From Chloroflexota bacterium (lineage in GTDB: Bacteria > Chloroflexota > Dehalococcoidia > UBA2979), in contig CANJBO010000002.1 of assembly GCA_947472995.1 (NCBI GenBank), positions 117,283 through 181,282 on the forward strand: a stretch of DNA of 64,000 nucleotides, given 5' to 3'. Both the position numbers and the translations under genes were made by a program. The notes beneath the pieces are model-generated. The model worked only from the letters and a program-made list of their open reading frames with translations. It made no database searches and was not told the DNA's origin. Each line of letters opens with the position of its first letter. Within the stretch, counting starts at the first letter, position 1. Of the stretch, positions 1 to 9,509 are shown one piece after another.

Positions 1-2
1 GC

Positions 3-161
3 CGGCTGCATGACATCGGCAAGTCGGGCTGGAACCTGTTGTTCGGGCTCATTCCGCTGCTGGGCGCGATCTACCTGATCTACCTGTACGTCCAGCCGAG
101 CCAGTCCGGCTCCAACCAGTACGGCCCGGAGCCCTCCGGCGCCGTCGCCGCGATGGCCTAG
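3..161 (+). CDS. DUF805-family membrane protein, C-terminal fragment (gene begins upstream of window)
   Basis: Frame-3 translation RLHDIGKSGWNLLFGLIPLLGAIYLIYL...QYGPEPS ends at TAG 159-161; shares the HDLG(K/R)(S/P)GW..L(I/V)P motif with the next gene (tandem paralogs). Confidence 0.6.
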   Translation, partial: RLHDIGKSGWNLLFGLIPLLGAIYLIYLYVQPSQSGSNQYGPEPSGAVAAMA

Positions 162-182
162 CGGACGGCAACCGCCCGCACG

Positions 183-208
183 GGACCGCGCGCCTCGGCG
201 CGCGGTCC
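183..208 (+). terminator. GC-rich hairpin (GGACCGCGCGCC-tcg-GCGCGCGGTCC) between the two DUF805 genes; weak U-tract
   Basis: Perfect 11-bp inverted repeat read directly; followed by tgctcgtc. Confidence 0.3.
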
Positions 209-272
209 TGCTCGTCCAGCGACACGCAGCGACGTTTGCTATCTTCGCGCTCGAAGGCGAGGAAACGACGCG

Positions 273-608
273 ATGACCTTCGACGAGGCCGTGACGCGCG
301 GCCTGTTCCAGTACGCCACGTTCACCGGGCGCGCCGGCCGCGCCGAGTTCTGGTACTGGATGCTGTTCCTGCTCGCGGCCTACCTCGGCGTCGGGCTGGT
401 AGGCGCGCTGATGGGGTTCGCCTCGCAGCTCACGACGCTGTTCTCGATCGCGATGCTGCTGCCGACGATCGCCGCCGTGTGCCGCCGGATGCACGACCTC
501 GGCCGGCCGGGCTGGTTCGGCCTCGTGCCGGGGTACAACCTCGTCCTCGCGGCGCAGCCCGGTGAGCCGGGCGCGAACCGGTACGGCCCGCCGCCCGCCT
601 CGTCCTGA
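273..608 (+). CDS. DUF805-family inner membrane protein (YhaH-like)
   Basis: 111-aa ORF; FTGRAGRAEFWYW..hydrophobic helices..CRRMHDLGRPGWFGLVPGYNLVL is the typical DUF805 pattern. Confidence 0.7.
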   Translation: MTFDEAVTRGLFQYATFTGRAGRAEFWYWMLFLLAAYLGVGLVGALMGFASQLTTLFSIAMLLPTIAAVCRRMHDLGRPGWFGLVPGYNLVLAAQPGEPGANRYGPPPASS

Positions 609-626
609 GCGCCGTCGAGGAGCCTG

Positions 627-1196
627 CTAGCCGACGAGCGCGACCGCGCGGGACGCCTCGATGGCGGCGCTCGAGTCGAGGTCGAACGTGACGCCCTCGT
701 GCGCGAGGAGCCACTGCTTGCGCTCCATGCCGCCGCCGTAGCCCGTCAGCGCGCGGTCCGCGCCGATCACGCGGTGGCACGGCACGACGATCGAGATCGG
801 GTTGCGGCCGTTCGCCGCCCCCACCGCTCGCGACGCCGTCGGCCGTCCGAGGCGCGCGGCGATCGTGCCGTAGCTGACGGTCTCGCCGACGGGGATCGAG
901 CGCAGCGCGAACCACACCTGCTGCTGCCACGCGGTGCCCTCCGGCGCAAGCCGCAGATCGAACTGCCAGCGCTCGCCGGCGAAGTACTCGCGCAGCTGGC
1001 GCAGCACCTCGACGCTGCCCGCGCCGCCGCGCGTCGCCGGCCCGCCCGCCTCGACCTCGAGGCGTCCGAGGTACTTCGTCAGGTCGTCGTCGCTCTTCAT
1101 GAACTCGACGTGGGAGAGCCCGGCGTCGGTGCCGCCGACGAAGAGCCGACCGACCGGCGAGTCCATCGTGTCGTAGTACGCGCTGCTGTGTGCCAT
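627..1196 (-). CDS. ogt: methylated-DNA--protein-cysteine methyltransferase (O6-alkylguanine-DNA alkyltransferase)
   Basis: Active-site PCHRV motif and ...[27 protein letters not shown]...; start taken at the internal MAHSSAYY (ATG at 1196) because the ORF upstream of it is Arg/Pro-rich noise. Confidence 0.85.
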   Translation of the reverse strand: MAHSSAYYDTMDSPVGRLFVGGTDAGLSHVEFMKSDDDLTKYLGRLEVEAGGPATRGGAGSVEVLRQLREYFAGERWQFDLRLAPEGTAWQQQVWFALRSIPVGETVSYGTIAARLGRPTASRAVGAANGRNPISIVVPCHRVIGADRALTGYGGGMERKQWLLAHEGVTFDLDSSAAIEASRAVALVG

Positions 1197-1441
1197 CAGT
1201 TCCCCCTCGCCCCACTTCTGGAATGGCTGCGGATGCCGGACTGCAGCGCCAGCACGTCGCGCAGGTCGCGCGCCTCGTTGGCGCGCACGCGCGCCGGCGA
1301 GGGCTCGGGCCACGCCTCGATGTAGCGCGGCGACGTGTGGTTGTACCAGTAGTGCGGCATGTGGCAGCCGCCGCTGTATGGCGTGCATTCGTGGTCCGGG
1401 GCCAGGTGCGCCTCGAGCCGTTCGCGGAGCCGAATGTGCAT
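1196..1441 (-). CDS. hypothetical small protein (81 aa, Cys/His/Trp/Tyr-rich N-terminus), translationally coupled to ogt
   Basis: [44 protein letters not shown]...; GC3-rich codons; its TGA overlaps the ogt ATG (TGATG). Confidence 0.45.
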   Translation of the reverse strand: MHIRLRERLEAHLAPDHECTPYSGGCHMPHYWYNHTSPRYIEAWPEPSPARVRANEARDLRDVLALQSGIRSHSRSGARGN

Positions 1442-1603
1442 CGTCAATCCTCGCGCGACCGGGGAGTGGCCGGGAATTCCGCCGATCGTACTCCCGCCCG
1501 ACCGAACGGGGGCGCGCGGACTGGCACGCGATACGACAGCGCGGAGCGCCGGTGTATGCTCGGCCCGCCGCGCCCACCCTGTTCCCACCGATCGAGGCCC
1601 GTG

Positions 1604-2677
1604 ATGCCCACCCTGGCGGCGCAAACGCTGGTCGAGTACGTCGCGCGCATCTTCGCCGCGACCGGCTCCCCCACCGCGGAGGCGCACGCCGTCGCCGACC
1701 ACCTCGTCGGCGCGAACCTGCGCGGGCACGACTCGCACGGCGTGATCCGCGTCTCCGGGTACGTGACGCTGGCGACGGCCGGCACGCTGAAGCCCGGCGC
1801 GGCGTCCAGCATCGTGCGGGAGTCGGCCTCGACGGCGCTCCTCGACGGCGGGTGGAACTACGGGCAGATCGTCACGCACCGTGCCACCGAGATCGCGATC
1901 GCGAAGGCGCGCGAGACGGGCGTCGCGTTCGTCTCCGCGTTCAACAGCGGACACGCCGGCCGCATCGGCGCCTACGGCGAGCAGATCGTCGAGGCCGGCA
2001 TGATCGCCCTCGGCGGCGTGAACACCCCCGGCACCAGCCTCGTCGCCGCGCACGGCGGCACGCGCCGGCGGCTGGGCACGAACCCGATCATGATCGCGAT
2101 GCCGGGGCCGACGCCCGCCGAGCCGTTCGTCCTCGACATGGCGACCTCGGTGATCGCGGAGGGCAAGCTGAAGGTCGCGGCGAACAAGGGCGTGCACGTC
2201 GCGCCGGAGCTGATCATCGACGCCGAGGGAAGCCCGACGACCGACCCCGGCGACTTCTACGGCACCGACGAGCATCCCGAGCAGGGCGCGCTGCTGCCGG
2301 TCGGCGGCGCGACCGGCGGCCACAAGGGCTCCGGCCTCAACCTCGCGATCGACGCGCTCGGCGGCATCCTCTCCGGCGCGGGCACGTCCCTCGACGGGCA
2401 GCGCGGATCGAACGGCGTGTTCATCATGGCGCTCGACCCGGGGCGCTTCACCGGCGCCGACGTGTTCGTCACGATGATCACCGGACTCCTCGACGGGATG
2501 CGGCAGCCGCCCACCGCGCCGGGCGTCGAGGAGATCCTGACGGCCGGCGAGCCGGAGCGGCGCAGCATGGCGCAGCGCCTCGCGCACGGCCTCCCGCTGG
2601 ACGAGGCGACGTGGGCGCAGATCGTCGCGGCAGGCGCCTCGGTCGGCGTGCCCGCGATCGATGCGGGACGCGCGTGA
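1604..2677 (+). CDS. Ldh_2 family oxidoreductase (malate/L-lactate/ureidoglycolate/sulfolactate dehydrogenase family 2)
   Basis: [23 protein letters not shown]...[18 protein letters not shown]...[10 protein letters not shown]... is characteristic of COG2055/Ldh_2; the long upstream extension of the ORF was rejected. Confidence 0.75.
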   Translation: MPTLAAQTLVEYVARIFAATGSPTAEAHAVADHLVGANLRGHDSHGVIRVSGYVTLATAGTLKPGAASSIVRESASTALLDGGWNYGQIVTHRATEIAIAKARETGVAFVSAFNSGHAGRIGAYGEQIVEAGMIALGGVNTPGTSLVAAHGGTRRRLGTNPIMIAMPGPTPAEPFVLDMATSVIAEGKLKVAANKGVHVAPELIIDAEGSPTTDPGDFYGTDEHPEQGALLPVGGATGGHKGSGLNLAIDALGGILSGAGTSLDGQRGSNGVFIMALDPGRFTGADVFVTMITGLLDGMRQPPTAPGVEEILTAGEPERRSMAQRLAHGLPLDEATWAQIVAAGASVGVPAIDAGRA

Positions 2678-2730
2678 CCACGCCTCGACGTCCCGCGTCG
2701 CGCAGTACACAGGGGAGTGCGCAGGGCCAC

Positions 2731-3222
2731 ATGTTAGAGCCGACCTCGTGGCAGGGGCTGACGGCGGCATGCGCCGAGGTCGCGCGCGAGCTGGGCCTCG
2801 ACGTCGAGACCGAGGTGTACGTCGGGCGGCGCATCTGGGGCGCGCGCCGGCGCATCGACATCGTCGTCACGGATCGCGTGCAGCGGCGCTCGCTCGGCAT
2901 CGAGGTGAAGTACCAGCGCTCGTCCGGCAGCGCCGAGGAGAAGATCCCGAGCACGATCGAGGACATCCGGGCGTGGCCGATCCCCGGCATCGTCTGCTTC
3001 TACGGGCCGGGGTTCAGCGCGAACATGCGCGCGTTCCTGCTGTCCAGCGGCAAGGCCGTCGAGCTCGCCGACCTGGAGACGTGGCTGCGGCTCTACTTCG
3101 TCTTGCCGGTGCCGCGCCCGGCCTTCGCACCGGACGCGCGCCTCGAACTCGTCGAGGACGAGGAGGCCGACGGCGACGAGGAAGACGACTCGAGCCGCCC
3201 CCTGAACGACTCCGGCGGATAG
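2731..3222 (+). CDS. putative PD-(D/E)XK nuclease, candidate restriction endonuclease partner of the adjacent Dam-class methyltransferase
   Basis: 163-aa ORF with ...ETEVYVGRR..RRIDIVVTD..x9..LGIEVKYQ (E..D..E-x-K catalytic spacing); convergent with the MTase and overlapping it; acidic low-complexity C-terminus. Confidence 0.5.
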   Translation: MLEPTSWQGLTAACAEVARELGLDVETEVYVGRRIWGARRRIDIVVTDRVQRRSLGIEVKYQRSSGSAEEKIPSTIEDIRAWPIPGIVCFYGPGFSANMRAFLLSSGKAVELADLETWLRLYFVLPVPRPAFAPDARLELVEDEEADGDEEDDSSRPLNDSGG

Positions 3223-4208
3223 TTCGTCACGATCAGCTCGTCGATCACGCCGCGGCGGTCGCCGCGCGAGTTGATCGCACGACGCGCCGGGATGCGCTCC
3301 AGGTGGTAGCCGGGCTGCTGGTCCTCGGCCGCATCGATCATCAGCGCGCGCTCGCCCTCGTAGATCCCGACGAGCCACTCGGCGGGCGAGTTGGAGAGCA
3401 TCGCCGGGACGCCCCGGTCGGTCAGGTCGTCGAACAGCCACTTCAGGCGCACCTGCTCGCGGCGGTCGAACGCGCCCTCCGTGTAGCCGGTGAACGACGA
3501 GGTCTTCGACAGCGGCTCGAACGGCGGGTCGAAGTACACGAAGTCGCCGGGCTTCGCCGCCTCCGTCACCACCTCGAAGTCCCCGTGCTCCACCGCCACG
3601 CCGCGCAGCGCCGCCGAGGCCGCGCGCAGCGTCGGCTCGTCCAGGATGCGCGGGGCGAGGTAGCGGCCGTGCGGCACGTTGAACTCGCCGCGCCGGTTCA
3701 CCCGGTACAGGCCGTTGAAGCAGGTCTTGTTGAGGAAGACGAAGCGCGCCGCGGTGTCCACGCGGTCGTCCGGCGTGCGCGCGCGCTCCGCGTAGTAGCG
3801 TTCCGCGCGCTCCTCGGCGCCGGCGGCGAGGTACGGCGTGGCGAGCGCCTCGAGCCGTGCGATCAGGCGCGGGAGGTCGTCACGGATCACCTCGTACACG
3901 GTCACCAGCTCGCGGTTGGCGTCGTTCAGCACGGCGCGGCGCGGAGCGAGGGTGGAGTCGCCGGCGAGCGCGAAGAACATCGCCCCGCCGCCGATGAACG
4001 GCTCGTAGTACGTGTCGATGTGCCTCGGCGCGCGGGCCACCAGCTCCGGGACGAGCTGGCTCTTGCCGCCGGCCCACTTCAGGAACGGGCGCGCGGCGCT
4101 CTCCCGGGACGGGGGCGGCGACTCGGGCTCAGCGGCAGGTCGAGCGACGATGGCGAGGGGCTCCGACCGGCTCGCGGCGCCGGCTGTCGAGGGCGGTTGA
4201 GGCGGCAC
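3093..4208 (-). CDS. Dam-family (D12 class) N6-adenine-specific DNA methyltransferase
   Basis: PFLKWAGGKSQL (motif I/X), NDANRELVTVY, FVYFDPPFEP (DPPY-type motif IV), ends ...DELIVTNY plus Ser-rich tail; about 40 aa lie before the FLKWAGGK motif, so the true start may be downstream of the annotated one. Confidence 0.85.
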   Translation of the reverse strand: MPPQPPSTAGAASRSEPLAIVARPAAEPESPPPSRESAARPFLKWAGGKSQLVPELVARAPRHIDTYYEPFIGGGAMFFALAGDSTLAPRRAVLNDANRELVTVYEVIRDDLPRLIARLEALATPYLAAGAEERAERYYAERARTPDDRVDTAARFVFLNKTCFNGLYRVNRRGEFNVPHGRYLAPRILDEPTLRAASAALRGVAVEHGDFEVVTEAAKPGDFVYFDPPFEPLSKTSSFTGYTEGAFDRREQVRLKWLFDDLTDRGVPAMLSNSPAEWLVGIYEGERALMIDAAEDQQPGYHLERIPARRAINSRGDRRGVIDELIVTNYPPESFRGRLESSSSSPSASSSSTSSRRASGAKAGRGTGKTK

Positions 4209-4398
4209 CCGGGGAGGTGGCGGAATTGTACCGTCCGCCCCCCGCCGAGGCGAATTCCGGCTCTTTCAAGGTTACTTCTGGCCGACACACAGCCGAAATG
4301 TGTCCGAAATAGATGTTTACGATATTCCCTTCGTCTTAACGAGAACCCTCGGCGCGCGCGAGCGATCACCGTACCGAGTGCTGGATGAGGAGCGAACC

Positions 4399-5616
4399 TT
4401 GGTCGAGGTGAATGGCGCCGACACGGCGTGGATTCTGACCAGCTCTGCGCTGGTCCTGTTCATGACGCCGGGCCTGGCCCTGTTCTACGGCGGCATGGTC
4501 CGCGCGAAGAACATGCTGGCCATGTTGATGATGAATTACGTAGCCATGGGCGTCGTGACGATCCTCTGGATCGCCATTGCGGCCTCCATCGCCTTCTCGG
4601 GCGACGTGTCCGGGTTTATGGGAAATTTCGGCATGGTTGGATTCCAGGGCGTCGGCCTCGGGAACGAGATCTTCGGATACTCGATTCCTGACTCCGTCTT
4701 CCTCATGTTCCAGCTCATGTTCGCCATCATCACGCCGGCCCTGATCGCCGGCGCCGTGGCCGAGCGCATGAAGTTCTCCGCGTGGGTCATCTTCATCGCG
4801 ATCTGGTCCGTGATCGTCTACGCGCCGATGGCCCACTGGGTCTGGGGCGGCGGCTTCATCGCCAAGCAGATCGGCGCGGTCGACTTCGCGGGCGGCCTGG
4901 TCGTTCACATCAACGCTGGTGCTGCGGCGCTGGCGCTCGTCCTGGTCCTCGGCCCCCGCACGGGCTGGGGCTCGCAGGTCATCCGGCCGCACAACCTGCC
5001 CCTGACGATCCTGGGCGCGGGCATCCTGTGGTTCGGCTGGTTCGGGTTCAACGCCGGTTCCGCCCTGGGCGCGAACGGGCTGGCCGGTCAGGCCTTCCTG
5101 ACCACGCACGTGGCCGCGGCGGTCGCGGCGACGGCCTGGATCCTGGCGGAGACGATCTCCGGCGGCAAGCCGACCACCCTCGGCTTCGTCTCGGGTGCCG
5201 TGGCCGGCCTGGTCGCGATCACCCCGGCGGCGGGCTTCGTGAACGTCATGGGCGCGCTGATCATCGGCCTTGCGGCCGGCGTCATCTGCTTCCTGGCGCT
5301 GCGCCTGAAGACGATGTTCAAGTTCGACGACTCGCTGGACGTCATCGCCGTCCACCTGGTCGGCGGTATCCTCGGAGCACTGCTGCTCGGCGTCCTCGCT
5401 GACCCCGCGGTCAACGAGCTGGCCACGGGCGGCATCACGCAGCTCACGGCGCAGGCGATCTCGGTCGTCATCGCGTTCGGCTTCTCGTTCATCGTCAGCT
5501 ACATCCTCGCGATGGTGCTCAAGATGACGATCGGCATCCGCGTCACCGAGGTCGAGGAGCGCTCCGGTCTGGACGTTTCGCTCCACGAGGAGCAGTCCTA
5601 CCTGCTGTCGGAATAG
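4399..5616 (+). CDS. amtB: ammonium transporter Amt
   Basis: DTAWILTSSALVLFMTPGLALFYGGMVR..., about 11 TM helices, conserved HINAG and WFGWFGFNAGS motifs; start set at TTG 4399 or GTG 4408 after a GAGGAG RBS (the ORF's upstream extension was rejected). Confidence 0.85.
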   Translation: MVEVNGADTAWILTSSALVLFMTPGLALFYGGMVRAKNMLAMLMMNYVAMGVVTILWIAIAASIAFSGDVSGFMGNFGMVGFQGVGLGNEIFGYSIPDSVFLMFQLMFAIITPALIAGAVAERMKFSAWVIFIAIWSVIVYAPMAHWVWGGGFIAKQIGAVDFAGGLVVHINAGAAALALVLVLGPRTGWGSQVIRPHNLPLTILGAGILWFGWFGFNAGSALGANGLAGQAFLTTHVAAAVAATAWILAETISGGKPTTLGFVSGAVAGLVAITPAAGFVNVMGALIIGLAAGVICFLALRLKTMFKFDDSLDVIAVHLVGGILGALLLGVLADPAVNELATGGITQLTAQAISVVIAFGFSFIVSYILAMVLKMTIGIRVTEVEERSGLDVSLHEEQSYLLSE

Positions 5617-5628
5617 GAGACCCATCGA

Positions 5629-5967
5629 ATGAAGTTGGTCATCGCATACATCGCTCCGTTCAAGCTGGACGAGGTCCGCGACGCGCTGAAGGAGACCGGG
5701 GTCACCGGCCTCTCCGCCGGCAACGTGCAGGGGTTCGGCCGCCAGGCCGGGCACACCGAGACGTACCGCGGCGCCGAGTACGACGTCGACATGGTGCCGA
5801 AGGTCCGCATCGAGGTGCTGGTGGACGACACCCTCCTCCCCGCGGTCATCTCCACCATCGAGACGACCGCACGCACGGGCTCGATCGGTGACGGCAAGAT
5901 CGCCGTCCTCCCGGTGGAGGATGTGATCCGCATCCGCACCGGCGAGCGCGGGCAGGACGCCCTCTAG
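5629..5967 (+). CDS. glnK: nitrogen regulatory protein P-II
   Basis: 112 aa; MKLVIAYI..., T-loop GFGRQAGHTETYRGAEY with the conserved Tyr51; lies immediately downstream of amtB. Confidence 0.9.
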   Translation: MKLVIAYIAPFKLDEVRDALKETGVTGLSAGNVQGFGRQAGHTETYRGAEYDVDMVPKVRIEVLVDDTLLPAVISTIETTARTGSIGDGKIAVLPVEDVIRIRTGERGQDAL

Positions 5968-6064
5968 CAAGCAGGACGGGAGCGGGGGTGACCCCGCTCC
6001 CGTCTCGTTTCGCTCTCCACCTGGTTTCACGTCCGCGAAACATGCCCTGCTCAGACTGGCGCGT

Positions 6065-8374
6065 ATGGCCTCGATCGCACACCCCGCCCTCGCGACGTTC
6101 ATGGAGGCCCGCGCGGACCGCTCCGAGCGCGCTTCGGCGCACGCCGGCCTCGCGACCTGCCACGCGCTGACGGACCTGCTGGACGCCGCGATCCGCGAAC
6201 TCGTCGGCGACGAGGCCGGCTTCGCGATCGTCGCGGTCGGTGGCTACGGCCGCCGCGCGCAGTCCCGCCACTCCGACGTCGACGTCATGCTCCTCGTCGA
6301 CCGCACCGAGGAGGGCACGCTCCGCTCCCTCTACCCCCTGTGGGACGCGAACCTCAAGGTCGGGCACTCCGTCCGCACCGTCGCGCAGGCGATGACGGCC
6401 GCCAACGCGAGCCTCGAGACGTTCACCGCGATCCTCGACTCGCGCTTCCTTGCCGGGAACCGCGCGCTGTACGACAAGCTGATCCACGAGCGTCGAGGGT
6501 TCGTGCGCTCGCACCGGATGAAGATGCGCGCCGAGATCGTCGAGCGACGGCAGGCGACGGTGCAGGCGGAGCCCTGGCAGCTGCTGGCGGTCGACCTGAA
6601 GAACGGCCGCGGCGGCCTGCGCGACATCCACGCGCTGCACTGGCTGGACGCCGCCGAGGCGATCGCGAACGGCGAGGAGGTCCCGCCGCTCCCACCCGCG
6701 ATCGAGGCGGCGCACGAGCACCTGCTGCGGACGCGCAACGCCGTCCATGCGCTCGCCGACCGCCCGACCGACGTCTACCGGCCCGACCAGGCGGAGGCCG
6801 TCGCCGCATGGCTCGGCGTGGACTCGCTCGAGTGGGGCCGGCAGACCTACGCCGCGATGCGCGTGGTCGACGCGACGATCACCGCCCGGCTGGATGACCC
6901 CAAGCGGCGGTTCTGGCTGCCGTGGCGCCGCAACACCGCGCCCCCCGCGCCGGCGCCGATCGCCCACGACGCGACCGACCTCGAACAGCTGCGCGCGGCG
7001 CTGCGCGCGGCGGCGCCCGGCGGCGCGCTCGACCCGCTGCCCGCGTCTCCGGCACTCGCACGGCTGCTGCCCGAGTGGGAGGTGCTGCGCGCACGACCGC
7101 ACATCGCGCCGTTCCACATCCACCCGGTGGACGTGCACGTGCTCCGCGCGGTGACCGAGGCGATGCGCATCATCGAGACCGACGAGTACGACGCCGGCAC
7201 ACCGCAGATCGCGGAGGAGTTCGGCGACCGCGACGAGATCCTGCTGGCGGCGCTGCTGCACGACATCGGCAAGGGGCACGGCGGCAACCACTCCGACATC
7301 GGCGCGCTGATCGCGGAGCGGTTCGCCGTGCGCGCGGAGCTGCCGACCGATACCGCGCTGCGGCTGGTCAACGTGGTGCGGATGCACCTGCTGCTTCCGA
7401 ACGTGGCGACGCGGCGCGACATCGCCGACCCGTCCGTGATCCAGGAGACGGCGCAGCGCATCGGCGACGCGCGCACGCTCCGTCTGCTCTACCTGATCTC
7501 CGTCGCGGACGCGCGGGCCAGCGGGCCGAACGTGTGGAGCCAGTGGAAGGCGCAGCTGATGCGCGCGTTCTACCTCCGCCTCCTCGGTGTGCTGGGCTCC
7601 GAGGCACCCGACGCCGTCACCCCCACCATCGAGCGCGCCGTCGAGGCGCTGCGCGGCGGCTACCCGGAGGAGACGGTGCGCGCGCACCTGGGCGGGATGG
7701 GGCCGGAGTACCTGCTGAGCACGCCGCCGGACCTGATCGGCGCGCACCTCTCGCTGATCGCGGAGGCCGAGGCGAACGGCGGCACGGCGGCCTCGCACGA
7801 CCAACTGGGGACGCTCGACCGGCTCACCGTCGTCACGCCCGACCGGCCCGGCCTGATCCAGACGATCGCCGGCACGCTGGCCGGCTACAACGCCAGCGTC
7901 CTGGGCGGCGTGGCGCACACGCGCGACGACGGCGTGGCGATCGAGGTGTGGCACGTGACGGACGCGCTCGGCATCGGGATCGATGCGCGTCGCTGGGACC
8001 GCATCCTGCAGGCGGTGCCCGCCGCGCTCGCGGGCCAGTTCGACATCGACGAGCGGCTCGCGGAGGTGCGCGCGAGCTACCCCGCGCCGCCACGCGCCGA
8101 CGTGCCCACCGTGGTGCACATCGACAACGCGGCCTCGCGCCGGTACTCGATCCTCGAGGTCTCGACGGCGGACCGGCGGGGGCTGCTGTACGGCGTCACG
8201 AAGCTGCTGCACGAGCGCGGCATCGATATCCACCTCGCGAAGGTGGACACCATCGGGCCGGAGGTCGTGGACGCGTTCTACATCCAGCGCTCGAACGGCC
8301 TGCGCATCGACGACCCGGACGAGATGGAGCGGCTGCGCCGCGCCGTCCTCGAGGTGCTCGACGCGCTGCCATAG
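6065..8374 (+). CDS. glnD: [protein-PII] uridylyl/adenylyl-transferase GlnD
   Basis: N-terminal nucleotidyltransferase (GGYGRR..SDVDVMLLVD), HD domain (LLAALLHDIGKGHGG) and two C-terminal ACT domains; amtB-glnK-glnD synteny. Confidence 0.85.
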   Translation: MASIAHPALATFMEARADRSERASAHAGLATCHALTDLLDAAIRELVGDEAGFAIVAVGGYGRRAQSRHSDVDVMLLVDRTEEGTLRSLYPLWDANLKVGHSVRTVAQAMTAANASLETFTAILDSRFLAGNRALYDKLIHERRGFVRSHRMKMRAEIVERRQATVQAEPWQLLAVDLKNGRGGLRDIHALHWLDAAEAIANGEEVPPLPPAIEAAHEHLLRTRNAVHALADRPTDVYRPDQAEAVAAWLGVDSLEWGRQTYAAMRVVDATITARLDDPKRRFWLPWRRNTAPPAPAPIAHDATDLEQLRAALRAAAPGGALDPLPASPALARLLPEWEVLRARPHIAPFHIHPVDVHVLRAVTEAMRIIETDEYDAGTPQIAEEFGDRDEILLAALLHDIGKGHGGNHSDIGALIAERFAVRAELPTDTALRLVNVVRMHLLLPNVATRRDIADPSVIQETAQRIGDARTLRLLYLISVADARASGPNVWSQWKAQLMRAFYLRLLGVLGSEAPDAVTPTIERAVEALRGGYPEETVRAHLGGMGPEYLLSTPPDLIGAHLSLIAEAEANGGTAASHDQLGTLDRLTVVTPDRPGLIQTIAGTLAGYNASVLGGVAHTRDDGVAIEVWHVTDALGIGIDARRWDRILQAVPAALAGQFDIDERLAEVRASYPAPPRADVPTVVHIDNAASRRYSILEVSTADRRGLLYGVTKLLHERGIDIHLAKVDTIGPEVVDAFYIQRSNGLRIDDPDEMERLRRAVLEVLDALP

Positions 8375-8398
8375 CGCGCCCGACCTGCTGGTACCGGC

Positions 8399-9403
8399 CT
8401 ACTGGTAGATGACGTAGTCGGGCGGGTGCGGCAGCGCCTGCAGCTCGGCGGGCGACAGCAGCGGCTCGTCCCAGCGGAAGAACAGCTTGAGCGCCGCCAG
8501 CTCCGCGCCCTCGCGCGCGTAGGCCTCGTACCCCGACAGCTTCGCCGCGGGCGAGCCGTAGCCGTCCATGTCGATCGTGATCGCGACCTCCGGATAACCG
8601 AGGTAGCGCGCCTTCTCCGTGAGCATGGTGGGCGTGAACTGGTGCAGCACCAGCATCTTCGCCGGGATCGCGCGCGCCGTAACGATCTGGGCGAGGCGCG
8701 CCTGCACGGCGTTCACGTCGTTCGCCACCAGCGTGCCGATCGCCTCGCCGGGCGGGAGCCCTCGGTGGCGCGTCGCGAACTCCGGGTCGAGCGCGAGGTG
8801 CACAAACGGCTCCCCGAGCGCCCACTCGATCCGCCGAACGCCGTCCATCGGGTCCGACCAGCCGATCTGCAGGTCCAGGAACAGCATCACGCGCTCGGCC
8901 CGCGCGACCTCGACCCACTCGCGGATCCTCGCCTCCGGCATCCACGCGAGGTACGTGCCGTCCGGGCCGGGCTCGGGCTGCGCGACGGCGACGATCAGGT
9001 GCAGCGCCGGGACGCCGCCGCGGTCGCCGTTCGCCTCGTCGAGCGCGGCGGCGAGCACCCGGGCGCGAGCCGCGGCGGCGGCCGGCTCGTGGCAGCCGAG
9101 CTCACCCATCGAGCAGATCCCGGGGAAGCCATAGACGGAGACGACCTGCGGGGGCAAGGCGAGGGCCGCGTCCGCCCGGCCGAGCGGGATCGCCGACGGC
9201 GCCGCGGCCGCGATCAGCGCCGGGAGCGACACCGGCAGCAGGATCGGGTCCGCGGGCACGTCGGCAGCCTCGACCACCGCGTATCCCAGCAGGCGGTCGA
9301 GGGTCGGTGCGGACGACACGCTCGTCGTTCCGGGGAGACTCATCACGGCGAGCGCGGCCGGAAGGATCAGGAAGAGGCCGAGACCCCGGGCCCATCTCCG
9401 CAC
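8399..9403 (-). CDS. hypothetical secreted protein (signal peptide; possibly a glycoside-hydrolase-like TIM barrel)
   Basis: N-terminal MRRWARGLGLFLILPAALAVMS signal peptide; no recognised catalytic motif. Confidence 0.5.
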   Translation of the reverse strand: MRRWARGLGLFLILPAALAVMSLPGTTSVSSAPTLDRLLGYAVVEAADVPADPILLPVSLPALIAAAAPSAIPLGRADAALALPPQVVSVYGFPGICSMGELGCHEPAAAAARARVLAAALDEANGDRGGVPALHLIVAVAQPEPGPDGTYLAWMPEARIREWVEVARAERVMLFLDLQIGWSDPMDGVRRIEWALGEPFVHLALDPEFATRHRGLPPGEAIGTLVANDVNAVQARLAQIVTARAIPAKMLVLHQFTPTMLTEKARYLGYPEVAITIDMDGYGSPAAKLSGYEAYAREGAELAALKLFFRWDEPLLSPAELQALPHPPDYVIYQ

Positions 9404-9509
9404 GGCTGCATCCCATCACGCATCGTCACACCGCCCCTGCGGGTGAAGCGTACGGGAAACAGGAACATGAGTAAACCCTTGAGCAGTTCTTTACCACAAG
9501 GGCGAGCGG

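Noticed and set aside
1196-2770. 524-aa minus-strand ORF and the 1378-3222 plus-strand 614-aa ORF
   Set aside because: Only the 3' 81 codons of the former (1196-1441) and the 3' 163 codons of the latter (2731-3222) look like genes. The remainder is antisense to, or out of frame with, the Ldh_2-family gene and is Arg-rich noise.
4366-6102. 578-aa minus-strand ORF antisense to amtB/glnK
   Set aside because: Same GC artefact. amtB and glnK on the plus strand have clear family motifs.
5846-8233. 795-aa minus-strand ORF antisense to glnD
   Set aside because: Arg/Gly/Asp-rich low-complexity translation typical of antisense frames in high-GC DNA. It fully overlaps a well-supported glnD gene.
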